The notes beneath the pieces are model-generated. The model saw only the letters and a program-made list of their open reading frames with translations. It was not told the DNA's origin and did no database searches. Below are positions 28,583-38,533 of a stretch of 64,000 nucleotides of DNA, one piece after another (position 1 is the stretch's first letter; each line of letters begins with the position of its first letter). Made by a program: the position numbers and the translations under genes. The stretch comes from Deltaproteobacteria bacterium (GTDB lineage Bacteria; Myxococcota; Kuafuiibacteriia; Kuafuiibacteriales; Kuafuiibacteriaceae), in the NCBI GenBank assembly GCA_040218735.1, contig JAVJQW010000041.1:1-64000 (forward strand), written 5' to 3'.

Positions 28583-29422
28583 CTACTGCGGCGCGCCGCC
28601 CTGGCCGGACAGCTCCATGAACTTCGCGGAGACCGCCTCGGCGACCTCCGGTCCGAGCTTTTGGAGGTCCTCGGGGCCCTGGACGCCGTTGTCCTGCAGC
28701 ACCTTCATCAGCTCGTCGACCGAGCCCGCCTGCTGGATGGCCTGCATGATCTGGTCGGCGCCACCGCCGGCCTCACCGGCCGCTCCGGCCTCGCCCGCAC
28801 CGCCGGCCTCTTCGCCGCCGCCGCCTGCGCCCATGGCCTGCTGCGCCATCTGCATCAACTGGTCGAGGAGGCCGCCGCCTTCACCGCCGGCGCCGCCTGC
28901 GCCCTCGGCGCCGCCACCGCCGCCGCAGTTGCCGCCGGGGCACCCGCCGCCCGCCGCCGCGCCGCCGCCGCCGTCACCCGCCGGAGCCGGTCCGCCCGCC
29001 GCCGGTGCGGCCTGCGCCGGCGCCGCCGCTTGGGCCGGTGCCGCCGCGCCCGCGGGGGCCGCAGCGCCCGCCGCCTGGTTCGGGTTCACGGGGCCCTGTG
29101 CGCCGCCGCCGCCGAGGCTGTTCTGCAGCTTCTTGAGGCCGGCGTCGTCGAGCCCGAGCTGCTTCTTCACCTTGTCCGGGTTGTTCTTGATCTGATCGAG
29201 CAGCCGCTCCTTCCGCGCCGGGTTCTGGCCCAGCTTCTTCGCGAGCTTGTCCGGGTTCTTCTGCGCGAGCTGCTTGAGGTTCTGCTTCCCGCCGAGTTTG
29301 TTCTTCCCGCCGAGCTTGTTCTTCCCGCCGAGTTTGTTCTTCCCGCCGAGTTTGTTGCCACCGAGGTTCTTGCCGCCGAGCTTGGGGCCCTTGGCGAGAC
29401 CGCGCGCTGCTCCGAGTACCAT
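28583..29422 (-). CDS. Low-complexity Gly/Ala/Gln-rich protein
   Basis: 279 aa, strong AAGGAAAAGGA RBS region, Lys-rich repeated N-terminus, Gly-rich middle and helical C-terminus. Confidence 0.75.
   Translation of the reverse strand: MVLGAARGLAKGPKLGGKNLGGNKLGGKNKLGGKNKLGGKNKLGGKQNLKQLAQKNPDKLAKKLGQNPARKERLLDQIKNNPDKVKKQLGLDDAGLKKLQNSLGGGGAQGPVNPNQAAGAAAPAGAAAPAQAAAPAQAAPAAGGPAPAGDGGGGAAAGGGCPGGNCGGGGGAEGAGGAGGEGGGLLDQLMQMAQQAMGAGGGGEEAGGAGEAGAAGEAGGGADQIMQAIQQAGSVDELMKVLQDNGVQGPEDLQKLGPEVAEAVSAKFMELSGQGGAPQ
29285..29356. repeat. Coding tandem repeat, 4 x 18 bp (encodes NKLGGK)
   Basis: cttcccgccgag(t/c)ttgtt x4, with degenerate copies continuing to about 29383. Confidence 0.95.
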
Positions 29423-29440
29423 CGTTGTTTCCTTTTCCTT

Positions 29441-30010
29441 TCAGTAGATCAACGCGGAGCGGAGCCCCGGGTTGGTGATTCGTCCGACGGCCTTGCGCTG
29501 CTCGCGCGAGATGCGCGCGCGTCGTTGGCCGTCTTCGAGTAGGTTCTTCAGCGCTGGGTCCCCCACCGGGTAACGACGGCAGAGCTGCGTGTAGCGGGGC
29601 GCGACAAGACGTGCGTCGCCGCCCAGGAAGCAGGTCAGGTGATCGCGGTACAGGCGCTGCGGCGCGCCGTGCGGCTCGAGCTCGTCGTCTTCCGGCGCCG
29701 CGATCGCAAGCACCGCATCGACGCGCGCCTCCGCCTCCATCTCGTCGAGCGCTTCGTCGAGCGCCTCGAAGAGCTCGTCGTCGCGCTCTTCTTCTTCGTC
29801 GTCATCGAAGTCGTCGAAGTCGTCCGCGTAGGGGTCGGTGTAGAGGCCGTCGTAGAAGTTGGGCGCCGGATCCTCGAACGGCTCTTCGTCGGCGTCGGGC
29901 GGATCGTCCGGCTGCCAGGGCGCGTCGTAGCGATACGCCGAGAAGTCGGGTGCCGGCGGCGCATCGAGCGCCTCCATCACTTCGTAGGATTCACGGTCGT
30001 CCCGCGTCAC
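29441..30010 (-). CDS. Hypothetical protein with highly acidic N-terminal half
   Basis: 189 aa; D/E/P-rich first ~110 aa and a basic C-terminal domain; co-oriented with its neighbours. Confidence 0.65.
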   Translation of the reverse strand: MTRDDRESYEVMEALDAPPAPDFSAYRYDAPWQPDDPPDADEEPFEDPAPNFYDGLYTDPYADDFDDFDDDEEEERDDELFEALDEALDEMEAEARVDAVLAIAAPEDDELEPHGAPQRLYRDHLTCFLGGDARLVAPRYTQLCRRYPVGDPALKNLLEDGQRRARISREQRKAVGRITNPGLRSALIY

Positions 30011-30159
30011 GCGGGAGTCGTTTCGCAGGAAGCGTGCCGACGCCTCCGCGGCATCGCGTCAGCGCGATCCGGTGTCGTCGAGTCGTGAGCGGTGAAGCAG
30101 GGTGCAACCGAGGTGAAGCAGTGCCCGACTTCGGGGGGCACTCTCGGCGCGGGGGAGGT

Positions 30160-30585
30160 CTAGATGTCGGCTTCGATGAAGGGCGCGGTCGTGTAGCAGG
30201 CGGCGACTTCGCCGTTGCTGCCGTCGACGAGGACGAACCAGCGGACGCCGTCGCCGTCCTCGAACAGCCAGGGCGAGACCATCTGGCCGTCGATGGTGCG
30301 CAAGCCCGCGATGGCGTCCTCGATGAGGAGGAGGCCCTCGGGCGGATCGTCCGAGCGCTTGCGGATGCGGGTCAGCTTGTTTTCGAGCTGGTCCGCGACG
30401 TCCTCGGCGTAGACTTCGTCGCCGGGCGTCGAGAGGCCCTCGACCTCGTCCTCTTCGAGCAGCTCGAGCAGCGTCGACGCCGCGTCGGGCATGTGCTCGG
30501 ACACCGATCGCTCCACGAAACGCGTCAGCGCCTGGATGAGGTCGACGTCGTGCCGGTCTTGGGCGGTCGCTTGTGCGGTGCTCAT
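30160..30585 (-). CDS. Hypothetical acidic protein
   Basis: 141 aa; AGGGGA RBS; starts 15 nt after the tRNA 3' end. Confidence 0.7.
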   Translation of the reverse strand: MSTAQATAQDRHDVDLIQALTRFVERSVSEHMPDAASTLLELLEEDEVEGLSTPGDEVYAEDVADQLENKLTRIRKRSDDPPEGLLLIEDAIAGLRTIDGQMVSPWLFEDGDGVRWFVLVDGSNGEVAACYTTAPFIEADI

Positions 30586-30599
30586 GTGTGTTCCCCTAT

Positions 30600-30688
30600 C
30601 GGAGACGGAGGGATTCGAACCCCCGATACGGTTGCCCGTATACCTGATTTCGAATCAGGCGCCTTCAGCCGGACTCGGCCACGTCTCC
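30600..30688 (-). tRNA. tRNA-Ser (anticodon CGA)
   Basis: Reverse strand GGAGACG TGGCCGAGTCCGGCTGAAGGCG CCTGA-TTCGAAA-TCAGG, long variable arm TACGGGCAACCGTA, T-arm GGGGGTTCGAATCCCTC, acceptor CGTCTCC-G; CCA not encoded. Confidence 0.97.
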
Positions 30689-30821
30689 TGAATGCGTCGG
30701 CGAATAAGCGGGTTCGGAGCGCGACGTCAAGGGGGGATCGAAAAGAAAGGCGCGCGCACGTGCCAGCCCTCACGTTTCGTAACGCGGATGTCCGCGCCAC
30801 CAGGCCCGTGTTCGACCCTCC

Positions 30822-33800
30822 ATGGTGGCTGCCTCCCTCGCCGTCGTCTCGACCCTCGCGATCGTCGGTGCCCCGCCCCAAGCCGCCCCGTCCGACGCCG
30901 TTCGCGCCCGCTGGCTCGCCATCACGTACGAGCTCGCCGCGGACGATCCGGCGCGCCGGGAGCGCGGCGCGGCCGCCGCCGGGCTCACCGGGTCCCCGTA
31001 CTTTCTCGACCCCTTGCGCGCCGCCCTCCACGACACGGCGCCCGGTGTTCGACGCGCTGCGGCGACCGCCCTCGGCGCCCTCGGCGTCCCGCGGACCTCC
31101 GACGACCTCGTCCACCAGATGGACGCGCTGTTCGAGGCGGCGGAGGACACGGATCTCGCCACGGCCCACGCCGCGGTCCAGTCGCTCGGACGTTACCCGT
31201 TCCTCAGTGTGCGCCAGCGGCTCGTCGAGCTGTCGACCGATCCGCGTCCGCCGATTCGCGCCGCCGCGACCCAGGCGCTGTCGGCCCGGCCCGGGGACGA
31301 AGCGCAGCGCAGGCTCGCCGACTACTTCGGCATGACCCAGGCCGAGATCGCCGGCGAGGTGCGCGCGGACGATCTTCACCTGCGCCCCCTCCTCGGCGCC
31401 GCGCGTGTCCTGCTCTCCGAGACCCGCTCGACCAAACCGGCCGCCGCGCAGACCCTCGCCGGGTGGGCCGACTTCGAGGAGACCCGTCCGCTCCTCATCC
31501 GCGCGCTCGCGGAGCCCGACGCCCCCGTTCGTGCGACCGCCGCCAAGGGGCTCGGTCGTGATCCGGATCCCGCGGCGAGCGCGGCGCTCGTCCGTTCGTT
31601 GAGGGACCCCGACGACGCCGTGCGACTGCAGGCGATCGCCGGGCTCGCCTCACGCGACGAAACCGCGAAGGCGCTCGCCATCCACCTCGCGCGCGAACCG
31701 TCCGCCGCGCTGCGCGTCCGCGTCGCGCGCGCGCTCGACGGCCTCCCCGAGGCGCCGACCCTCGCGGGCATCGCGGCGTGGCCGCACCAGACCCCGGCGT
31801 CCTCGATGCGCCTCGCGGTCGACGTCCTCGAAGCCAAGACCTCATCGGCTTCGACGCAGGCGCTCGTCGATGTGTTCATGCGGGCACGCGCGCCGAGCGT
31901 GGTCAGCGCCGCCAAGGAAGCGGTCGCGCGTCGCAGCGACGGGGCGACGGTGCCGCCGCTCCTCGGTCACCTGCACTACACGAAGCCGAGGACGGAGCGT
32001 CGCCGGCGCATCGTCGAGGCCCTCGCGAAGCGCACCGACCCGCGCGTGACCGAGGCGCTGCTGGGACTCGTCGCGGCCGGGGAGGTCGACGGACAGACGA
32101 TCGCGGCGCTGCACAGCCGACCCGAAGCGCTCGTCCGTCCACGGCTCCTCGAGCTCGTCACCAGCGATCGCGCGGGCGTCCGTCGTGCCGCGCTCGAAGG
32201 CGTCCGCGACTACCGCGGCGAGGACGTCGCGGACGCGCTCGGTGCGGCGGTGAAGAAGTTCCCGAACGACGAGGTCGCGTTCGATCAGCTCCTCGAACAG
32301 GACAAGGCCCTCACCCTCGGGACGCGCGTCGCGTTGCTCGAGGAGCCGACGCATTCGCATTTGCACCGTGGGCTGTTGCTCTCGATTCACGACGCGGTCG
32401 ACCCCGCGATCCCCGGCGCGGTCGTGCAGGCGACGCAGCGCGACCCGAAGCTCGCGCCGCTCGCGCTCGAGATCCTGGACCGCCAGGCCGACGCGGAGTC
32501 GGCGGGTGCGCTCTACGCTATCGCTGCCGACGAGGCGGTCGCGGACTCCCACCGCGCGAACGCGGTGCGTCGCATGGCGAAGCTCGAGGATGCGTCGATC
32601 GAGTCGAGGCTCCGTCCCCTCGCCAACGACGAGGCGCTCGTCGTCCGCATGACCGCGCGCAACGCGCTGCACGATCTCCAACCGCAGACCTACCCCGCGT
32701 GGGATCCGTACGGGCGCGTCCCGCTGATCGTCGAAGGCGCGGCGTTCGGCGCGGGCATGATGCTCCTCGCCACCGAGATCGCGGACGCCGATCTCTCCCC
32801 CGCGTTCACCGGCGGCGTCGGGATGTTGCTCGGCGGCGCGACGCCGTTCCTCCTCACCCTCGAAGAGGACGTCACCCTCGGCGACGCCGGCTACTTCGGC
32901 ACGATGGGGCTGTGGGGCACCGGCGCCGGTTACGGTCTGGGGAAGCGCCTCGGCGTCTCGGAGTCGACGACGCTGTGGCTCACCGTCGCGGGTGAAGCCG
33001 CGGGCATCGCGGCCGGCTCGCTCGGGATGAAACGCGTAGAGTGGGGGCTCGACGACGTCGCGCTCGCGAACTTCACCGCGGTCGAGTCCGCGATCCTCAC
33101 GGCCGGCATCACGGCGCTCGCGCGACGCAACGCGGACGACCGCGGCGCGTCGGCGATGGAAGCCGGCCTCATCGGCGGCGCCGTCGGCACGATCCCCATG
33201 GCGTTGTTCGCGCGCCGTCTGAAGATCTCGCACGAGCTCCCCCTCGCGGCGACGGCGATGACCCACGGCGCGTGGCTCGGCATGTGGGCGCCAGCGGTCC
33301 TCGAAGGTGAGCTGTCCGCCTCCGACGCCGCGGCCGGCGCTTTGGTCGGCCAGAGCATCGGCTACCTCACGGCGCTCGGCCTCGCGCAGTTCGTCTCGCT
33401 CGACGGCGAGACGGCGGCGTACTCGGGCTTCGGCGCCGCAACCGGCGCCGCGATCGGTGGGGGCCTCGGGCTCGTGCTCGACAATCGATCGACGGCGACC
33501 CGCGTCGGGCTCCTCGAAGCGGGCTCCGCGGTCGGTGCGCTCACGCTCGCGATCGTCGGGCCTTCGCTCGAATGGAACGAGAACGACGCGACGATCGTCG
33601 CGCTCGCCGCGCTCGGCGGCGCGATCAGCGGCGGGCAGCTCAGCGTCCGCCTCGAAGAAGGCACCTTCGACGAACCGGCGTTCCCCGGCGGCATGTTGAT
33701 GGGTGCGGGCATCGGTACCGCCGCGGGCATCGTCGCGAGCCAGCTCGTCGACGTCTCCGACAAGTCCCTGACCAACACCCTCGTTGGTGCGGGCGTCCTC

Positions 33801-36800
33801 GGCGCGGGTGGCGTCGGGCTCGGGTACCTCGTCGGTGACCTCGACGTACGCGCGCGATCCAACATCTCGGGCGCAGCGATCGGGCTCGGGCTCGCGATGA
33901 CCTATCCGCTCTCCGACGCGCTCGCGCTCGAAGGGAAGGACTACGCGTACGCGGGCGTCGGGGCCTCGCTCGGCGGACTCTACGGCGGCTTCGTCCCGGT
34001 GTACTTCGACGGCGACGCCGCTTCGAGCCAGATCGCGGGCGGCGTGGCGCTCGGCTCTGCGGTCGGCGGCTACGGCGCGGCGATCGCTTCCCACTGGCTC
34101 GACCTCTCCGCGAAGCGCGTCGCAGTGACGTCGTTTTCGTCGGTCGCCGCGTCCTCCCTCGGCGCGGGCCTCGGTCTGTTGATCCCCAGCGCCTCGGACG
34201 AGCTCACCGTGGGCATGATGCAGGGCGCCGGCTTCGCGACCTTCGCGACACTCTCCGTCCTCCTCTCCAACAAGGGGCTCTCGTTGAAACGCACCGACCG
34301 CGTCGACCCCGGCGGTGAGCTCGTGATGGCCGCGGCGATGCTCGGTGCGCAGGGGGCGTTCCAGGGCGGCCTCATCCCGTACATGTGGAACGGCGACGGC
34401 CCGCCCGCATCCGAAGTGACCGGTGGCGTAATGGTGGGCGCGAGCGCCGGCGCGCTCGGCGGCCTCGCGCTGCACTACATCTCGAACGAACCGATCGAAG
34501 GGGGCCACCTCGTCGAAGCCTCCCTCCTCGGCGTCGCCGCGAACGGTCTCGGCGCGGGCCTCGGGCTCGTCACGCAGAGCCGCCGCACGGGTGCGTCGTT
34601 GATGCAGGGGCTCGGCCTCACCACGTACGTCGGCGCGCTCGCGCTCGCGCCGCGCACGAACTACGACGAACGCGCACCCGCGACCTTCTTCACCAGCTCC
34701 CTCACGCTCGGGTGGCTCGGCGGTTGGGCGCCGATGCTCCTCGACGATCCCGAGAGCTCGCAGGTGATCGGTGGCGCGCTCGCGGGGAGCAGCGCCGGTG
34801 TGCTCGGCGCGGTCGCGCTCGTCGAGCTGTACCCGCGGCGCGACGACGTCGAGATCGCCGCGGGCACCGCGATCGGCTCCGGCCTCGGCGCGGGGCTCGG
34901 GTTGATGATCGATCGCGACGCGACACGCGGCACCGTCGCGCTCCTCGAAGCCGGCGGTCTGCTCGGCCTCGGCGCGGGCCTGGCGCTCGGCCCGGTGACG
35001 ACCTACGACGACGGCGACCGCGCGCTCGCCGCCTACGGCACACTCGCCGGCGGCGCCTTGGGTGGCTTCCTCCCCCGCACGTGGACCGACGAAAACGTCG
35101 ACACCGCGGGCGGCGCGCTCTTCGGCGCGAGCCTCGGCGCGGCGGTCGCGATGACCACGTCGCAGTTCGTCACCGTGGATCCCAAGGACGTCGTCGAGAT
35201 GTCGATCTACACGAGCGCGATGAGCACCGCGGGCGGCGGCATCGCGCTCCTCGCCGACCTCGACTCCCGGCAGAGCGCGCTCGCGTTGGAGATCGCGGCG
35301 CTCGGCGGGGTCGCGCTCGGCGCGGTCGTCGCGCCCTACACGAAGTACGGCTTCGACGAGATGTTGTTCGCGATGGAGACCTCGGCGGTCGGCGGCGCCC
35401 ACGGCGCGCAGCTCGGGATGCTCCTGGAGGATGAAGCCGGCGGTTCCTTCCTCGGCGCGAGCGCTGGTCTGCTCGCGGGCGCGCTCGTCTCCCAGGTCGC
35501 GGACGTGAAGCCGACGTTGATGCTCGAGGCCGCCGCGTTCACTGGCGTCGGCGATCTCTTCGGCTACGGCATCGGCCGCCTTGCGACCGACGATCCCAAC
35601 GGCCAGCGCGCGTGGATCGGCGGGCTCGGTCTGTCGGCGTACACACTCGGTCTCGCGGTCGGACCGTTCACCTCCTATGAAGCCGAGGACTACCTCACGA
35701 TGACGCTCGCGTCGGGCGTCGGTGCGTGGCACGGCGCGTGGCTCCCGGCGCTGTTCGCTCCGGAAGGCCCGATCGATCGCGACCGCGCGGGCGCGGGTGC
35801 TGCCGTGGGCGCGGCGTCGGGGGTGTTGCTCGGCGCGGTGACCTCGCAGTTCGTGGACGTCCCCGTCGACGTGCAGGTCGAGATGACCGCGGGGTGGGCG
35901 ACCGGGTCGGCGATCGGCGCGGGGCTCGGGCTGTTGCTCCCTAGCGTGGACCGCAAGGGCACGATCGGTCTGATGCAGGGGGGCGGCGCGCTCGGCCTCG
36001 CCGCGAGCCTCGCGCTCGCCGACTCGCTCGAGTACGAGGCGGGCGATGCGCTGTTGGTGCCGGCCGGTGCGGCGGTCGGCGCGGCGGTGGGGCTCACGCT
36101 CCCGGCGTTGATCCTCGATCCGAACGATCCGATCGGCGACAACCCGCGCGCGGGCGGTGTGTTGCTCGGCGCGGGCATCGGCACCATCGCTGCGGCGACG
36201 GCGGCGCAGTTCGTACAGATCGAAGCGGGCGACGTCGCCGAAGCGAGCGCGGCGTCGATGCTCGGCGCGGCGACGGGGCTGGGCGTGGGCATGATGATCC
36301 CCGGCTCGAACCGCCGCGGGCGATTCCTGAGCATGGACCTCTTCGGCGTCGCGGGGCTGGGGCTCGGGACCTGGCTCGCCCCCAAGATGGACGTCGACGA
36401 GGACGCCGTGATGTCGATGGCGCTCGGTAGCACGCTGGGCGGATTGGCGGGCGGGTTCACGCCGAGTCTATTCAATGGACCGAACCTGGAAGACATCCCC
36501 GGCGAGCAGGCGGGCGGCGGTGTCCTCGCGGGCGTCGGCCTGGGCGCGGCGACGGGGCTGCTGCTCGACCAGACGCTGGAGCTCGACGCGACGACGCGCG
36601 AGCACGCGGCCTACGGCGCCGCGATGAGCGGGATGGCGGGCGCGGGCTTCTCGATGTTGGCGTCGGAGGATGACCGGTGGCTGTCGGTGATGGGGCCCTC
36701 GATGGCGATCGCGGGGGCGTTCGCGGTGGGCGCGACATCGAAGCACGCCTCGTACGACGCGGGGGACCTGGCGTTGGGCTCCGCGTACGTCGGGTACCTG

Positions 36801-37478
36801 ACGTGGCACGCGATGGGTTTGACGCTGCTGTCGGACGGGACGAACCGGCAGGCGGCCGGCGTCGCGATGGGGACGGTGGGCTTGGGCGCGCTCACGGGCA
36901 TGTATCTGACGCCGTACATCGACCTCACGATGTCCGACGTCCTGATGCTCACCGCGGGCAACGTGTGGGGCACGTGGATCGGCGGCTGGGGCGGCGTCGT
37001 CCTGCGCGAGCAGCTCGACGGCGACTTCGACGGCCGCCGCGGCGCGGGCCTCACGCTGCTGACGAGTGTGTTGGGATCCGACGTGGGCCTCGCCGTGACG
37101 GGGATGGTCGTGGGTGGGTTGTTGGACGTGGAGCCCACGCGCTTCGCGGTGATCAATCTGTCGGGCCTGGGCGGCATGATGGTCGGGATGCTCGCGGCGG
37201 GCGCGCTGGATGACGAGCCGCTGCGAACGGGGAACGTGCTGGGGAGCCTGGGTGGGTTGGTCGTGGGGGCCGTGGTGACCTCGTTCTTCGATTGGAAGTC
37301 ATCGCCCACCTGGGACGAGTTGCTCGGGGAGGACGAGGCGAAGGCCGCGGAGGCGAAGGCGCCTTCTGGGAAGAGTGGGCTGGGGGTGCAGGAGTGGTTC
37401 CCGGGGGCGCGGATCGAGCCTACCGAGGATGGGGCTGGGGAGCGGTACTTGTTCACGATCGGGGGGACCTGGAACTGA
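30822..37478 (+). CDS. Giant secreted/membrane protein: HEAT repeats plus a glycine-zipper-type hydrophobic repeat region
   Basis: 2218 aa; signal peptide; HEAT-like repeats ('VRRAAATALG', 'VRATAAKGLG', 'VRLQAIAGLA') in the first ~620 aa; then ~1550 aa of GxxxGxxxG hydrophobic repeats; ends 'YLFTIGGTWN'. Confidence 0.85.
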   Translation: MVAASLAVVSTLAIVGAPPQAAPSDAVRARWLAITYELAADDPARRERGAAAAGLTGSPYFLDPLRAALHDTAPGVRRAAATALGALGVPRTSDDLVHQMDALFEAAEDTDLATAHAAVQSLGRYPFLSVRQRLVELSTDPRPPIRAAATQALSARPGDEAQRRLADYFGMTQAEIAGEVRADDLHLRPLLGAARVLLSETRSTKPAAAQTLAGWADFEETRPLLIRALAEPDAPVRATAAKGLGRDPDPAASAALVRSLRDPDDAVRLQAIAGLASRDETAKALAIHLAREPSAALRVRVARALDGLPEAPTLAGIAAWPHQTPASSMRLAVDVLEAKTSSASTQALVDVFMRARAPSVVSAAKEAVARRSDGATVPPLLGHLHYTKPRTERRRRIVEALAKRTDPRVTEALLGLVAAGEVDGQTIAALHSRPEALVRPRLLELVTSDRAGVRRAALEGVRDYRGEDVADALGAAVKKFPNDEVAFDQLLEQDKALTLGTRVALLEEPTHSHLHRGLLLSIHDAVDPAIPGAVVQATQRDPKLAPLALEILDRQADAESAGALYAIAADEAVADSHRANAVRRMAKLEDASIESRLRPLANDEALVVRMTARNALHDLQPQTYPAWDPYGRVPLIVEGAAFGAGMMLLATEIADADLSPAFTGGVGMLLGGATPFLLTLEEDVTLGDAGYFGTMGLWGTGAGYGLGKRLGVSESTTLWLTVAGEAAGIAAGSLGMKRVEWGLDDVALANFTAVESAILTAGITALARRNADDRGASAMEAGLIGGAVGTIPMALFARRLKISHELPLAATAMTHGAWLGMWAPAVLEGELSASDAAAGALVGQSIGYLTALGLAQFVSLDGETAAYSGFGAATGAAIGGGLGLVLDNRSTATRVGLLEAGSAVGALTLAIVGPSLEWNENDATIVALAALGGAISGGQLSVRLEEGTFDEPAFPGGMLMGAGIGTAAGIVASQLVDVSDKSLTNTLVGAGVLGAGGVGLGYLVGDLDVRARSNISGAAIGLGLAMTYPLSDALALEGKDYAYAGVGASLGGLYGGFVPVYFDGDAASSQIAGGVALGSAVGGYGAAIASHWLDLSAKRVAVTSFSSVAASSLGAGLGLLIPSASDELTVGMMQGAGFATFATLSVLLSNKGLSLKRTDRVDPGGELVMAAAMLGAQGAFQGGLIPYMWNGDGPPASEVTGGVMVGASAGALGGLALHYISNEPIEGGHLVEASLLGVAANGLGAGLGLVTQSRRTGASLMQGLGLTTYVGALALAPRTNYDERAPATFFTSSLTLGWLGGWAPMLLDDPESSQVIGGALAGSSAGVLGAVALVELYPRRDDVEIAAGTAIGSGLGAGLGLMIDRDATRGTVALLEAGGLLGLGAGLALGPVTTYDDGDRALAAYGTLAGGALGGFLPRTWTDENVDTAGGALFGASLGAAVAMTTSQFVTVDPKDVVEMSIYTSAMSTAGGGIALLADLDSRQSALALEIAALGGVALGAVVAPYTKYGFDEMLFAMETSAVGGAHGAQLGMLLEDEAGGSFLGASAGLLAGALVSQVADVKPTLMLEAAAFTGVGDLFGYGIGRLATDDPNGQRAWIGGLGLSAYTLGLAVGPFTSYEAEDYLTMTLASGVGAWHGAWLPALFAPEGPIDRDRAGAGAAVGAASGVLLGAVTSQFVDVPVDVQVEMTAGWATGSAIGAGLGLLLPSVDRKGTIGLMQGGGALGLAASLALADSLEYEAGDALLVPAGAAVGAAVGLTLPALILDPNDPIGDNPRAGGVLLGAGIGTIAAATAAQFVQIEAGDVAEASAASMLGAATGLGVGMMIPGSNRRGRFLSMDLFGVAGLGLGTWLAPKMDVDEDAVMSMALGSTLGGLAGGFTPSLFNGPNLEDIPGEQAGGGVLAGVGLGAATGLLLDQTLELDATTREHAAYGAAMSGMAGAGFSMLASEDDRWLSVMGPSMAIAGAFAVGATSKHASYDAGDLALGSAYVGYLTWHAMGLTLLSDGTNRQAAGVAMGTVGLGALTGMYLTPYIDLTMSDVLMLTAGNVWGTWIGGWGGVVLREQLDGDFDGRRGAGLTLLTSVLGSDVGLAVTGMVVGGLLDVEPTRFAVINLSGLGGMMVGMLAAGALDDEPLRTGNVLGSLGGLVVGAVVTSFFDWKSSPTWDELLGEDEAKAAEAKAPSGKSGLGVQEWFPGARIEPTEDGAGERYLFTIGGTWN

Positions 37479-37532
37479 GGGGCACTGCTCTGTGAGGGAA
37501 CCGCGCGCTTCGCGCCGCCTCCCGTAGGGCCT

Positions 37533-37680
37533 GCGGGAAGGCCGGCGGGAAGGCCGGCGGGAAGGCCGGCGGGAAGGCCGGCGGGAAGGCCGGCGGGAAG
37601 GCCGGCGGGAAGGCCGGCGGGAAGGCCGGCGGGAAGGCCGGCGGGAAGGCCGGCGGGAAGGCCGGCGGGAAGGCCGGCGG
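37533..37680. repeat. Perfect minisatellite, 12 x GCGGGAAGGCCG plus a partial copy
   Basis: Twelve identical 12-bp units at 37533-37676 followed by GCGG; no spacers. Confidence 0.97.
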
Positions 37681-37685
37681 CACGC

Positions 37686-37800
37686 CCTGCGCGACGGGCC
37701 GGAGGTGGGCCTCCCCGACGGGCCTGCGCGACGGAGCTGCGCGACGGACCTGCGCGACGGGCCTGCGCGACGGACCTGCGCGACGGACCTGCGGGGCGGG
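37686..37800. repeat. Degenerate minisatellite, 13-bp unit CCTGCGCGACGGR
   Basis: Five near-perfect units at 37723-37787, plus further or degenerate units at 37686, 37710 and 37788. Confidence 0.9.
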
Positions 37801-38495
37801 CCGGCGGGGGTGGGCGCACGTCCGGTGTGTGTGGGATCGCCGGCTGGTGACGGGGAGAGGCTCTGGGGAAGGCCGTGCGCCGAGATGTGAGGCCGTGCGG
37901 TGGGCGGGTGGATTTGATCCGCCGACTCGCTTGGGGGCCGTGGCGCTCTTCGGCCGGGGCGCCTTGCTCCGGGCGGTCGCTTGCGCGCGTGCTTTGCGTG
38001 GCAGAGCTCGCTCGAAAGTGGTGATGGTGGTTGGCGCTGTTGGGAGGAACGCGATTGCTGGCGTGTTGTCTTCGCCGGGTGAGCTCGAGGTCGTCGTGGA
38101 TTCGATGGCGCGTCTGCCGGGGCGTCGCGGTGCGACGGCGAGCGCCGCGGTGTCGATCGCGACTCGCGGGGGACCAGGGCCTGTGGGGCGCCTGGTGCGA
38201 GGCCCTCATCGTGCTCAGCGGGGTCGTCGCCGCTTCGACCGCCGTCCATCGCAGATAGCGCTCAGCGCTTTCGACCACGTCAGCTCGGACCCTCACCCGC
38301 GGCACGGCTCGGTGAGGCGTGCGCCGTTACGTTGCTCCATGTTCGTCGATCGACTCCGCGACGAGGGCGCGTCCGGCTGTCCGTTCGGAAGTGGCTCGCT
38401 CGCGGACGCGGAACCGACGGCAAAGCTGGCTCCGATCTCCGTTGCGCGTGTCCTCGGCTAGCGGATCTCGAACGAAGAAGCCGACGCGGAAGTGC

Positions 38496-38524
38496 TTGTT
38501 CTGATGCAAGACAAATGTTAGCCT
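38496..38524 (+). promoter_or_regulatory. Putative sigma70 promoter of the RAYT gene (possibly leaderless)
   Basis: TTGTTC-17 nt-TAGCCT with an extended -10 TG, in a locally AT-rich patch 9 nt before the GTG start. Confidence 0.45.
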
Positions 38525-38533
38525 TTTTCAAGC

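Noticed and set aside
30560-30700. tRNA-Ser as integration site of a genomic island or prophage
   Set aside because: No integrase gene, no duplicated tRNA 3' end seen elsewhere in the window, and no obvious compositional shift.
37533-37800. Possible CRISPR array
   Set aside because: The units are 12-13 bp, directly abutting with no unique spacers, and there are no cas genes.
31842-38305. Minus-strand ORFs 31842-35732, 36611-38305 and 37299-38249, the latter two with (GLPA)n and (RRPS)n repeats
   Set aside because: Shadow frames; the peptide repeats are just translations of the stop-free 12-bp minisatellite.
37829-38461. 210-aa ORF upstream of the RAYT
   Set aside because: Arg/Gly-rich, atypical codon pattern and no motif; more likely non-coding or eroded DNA.
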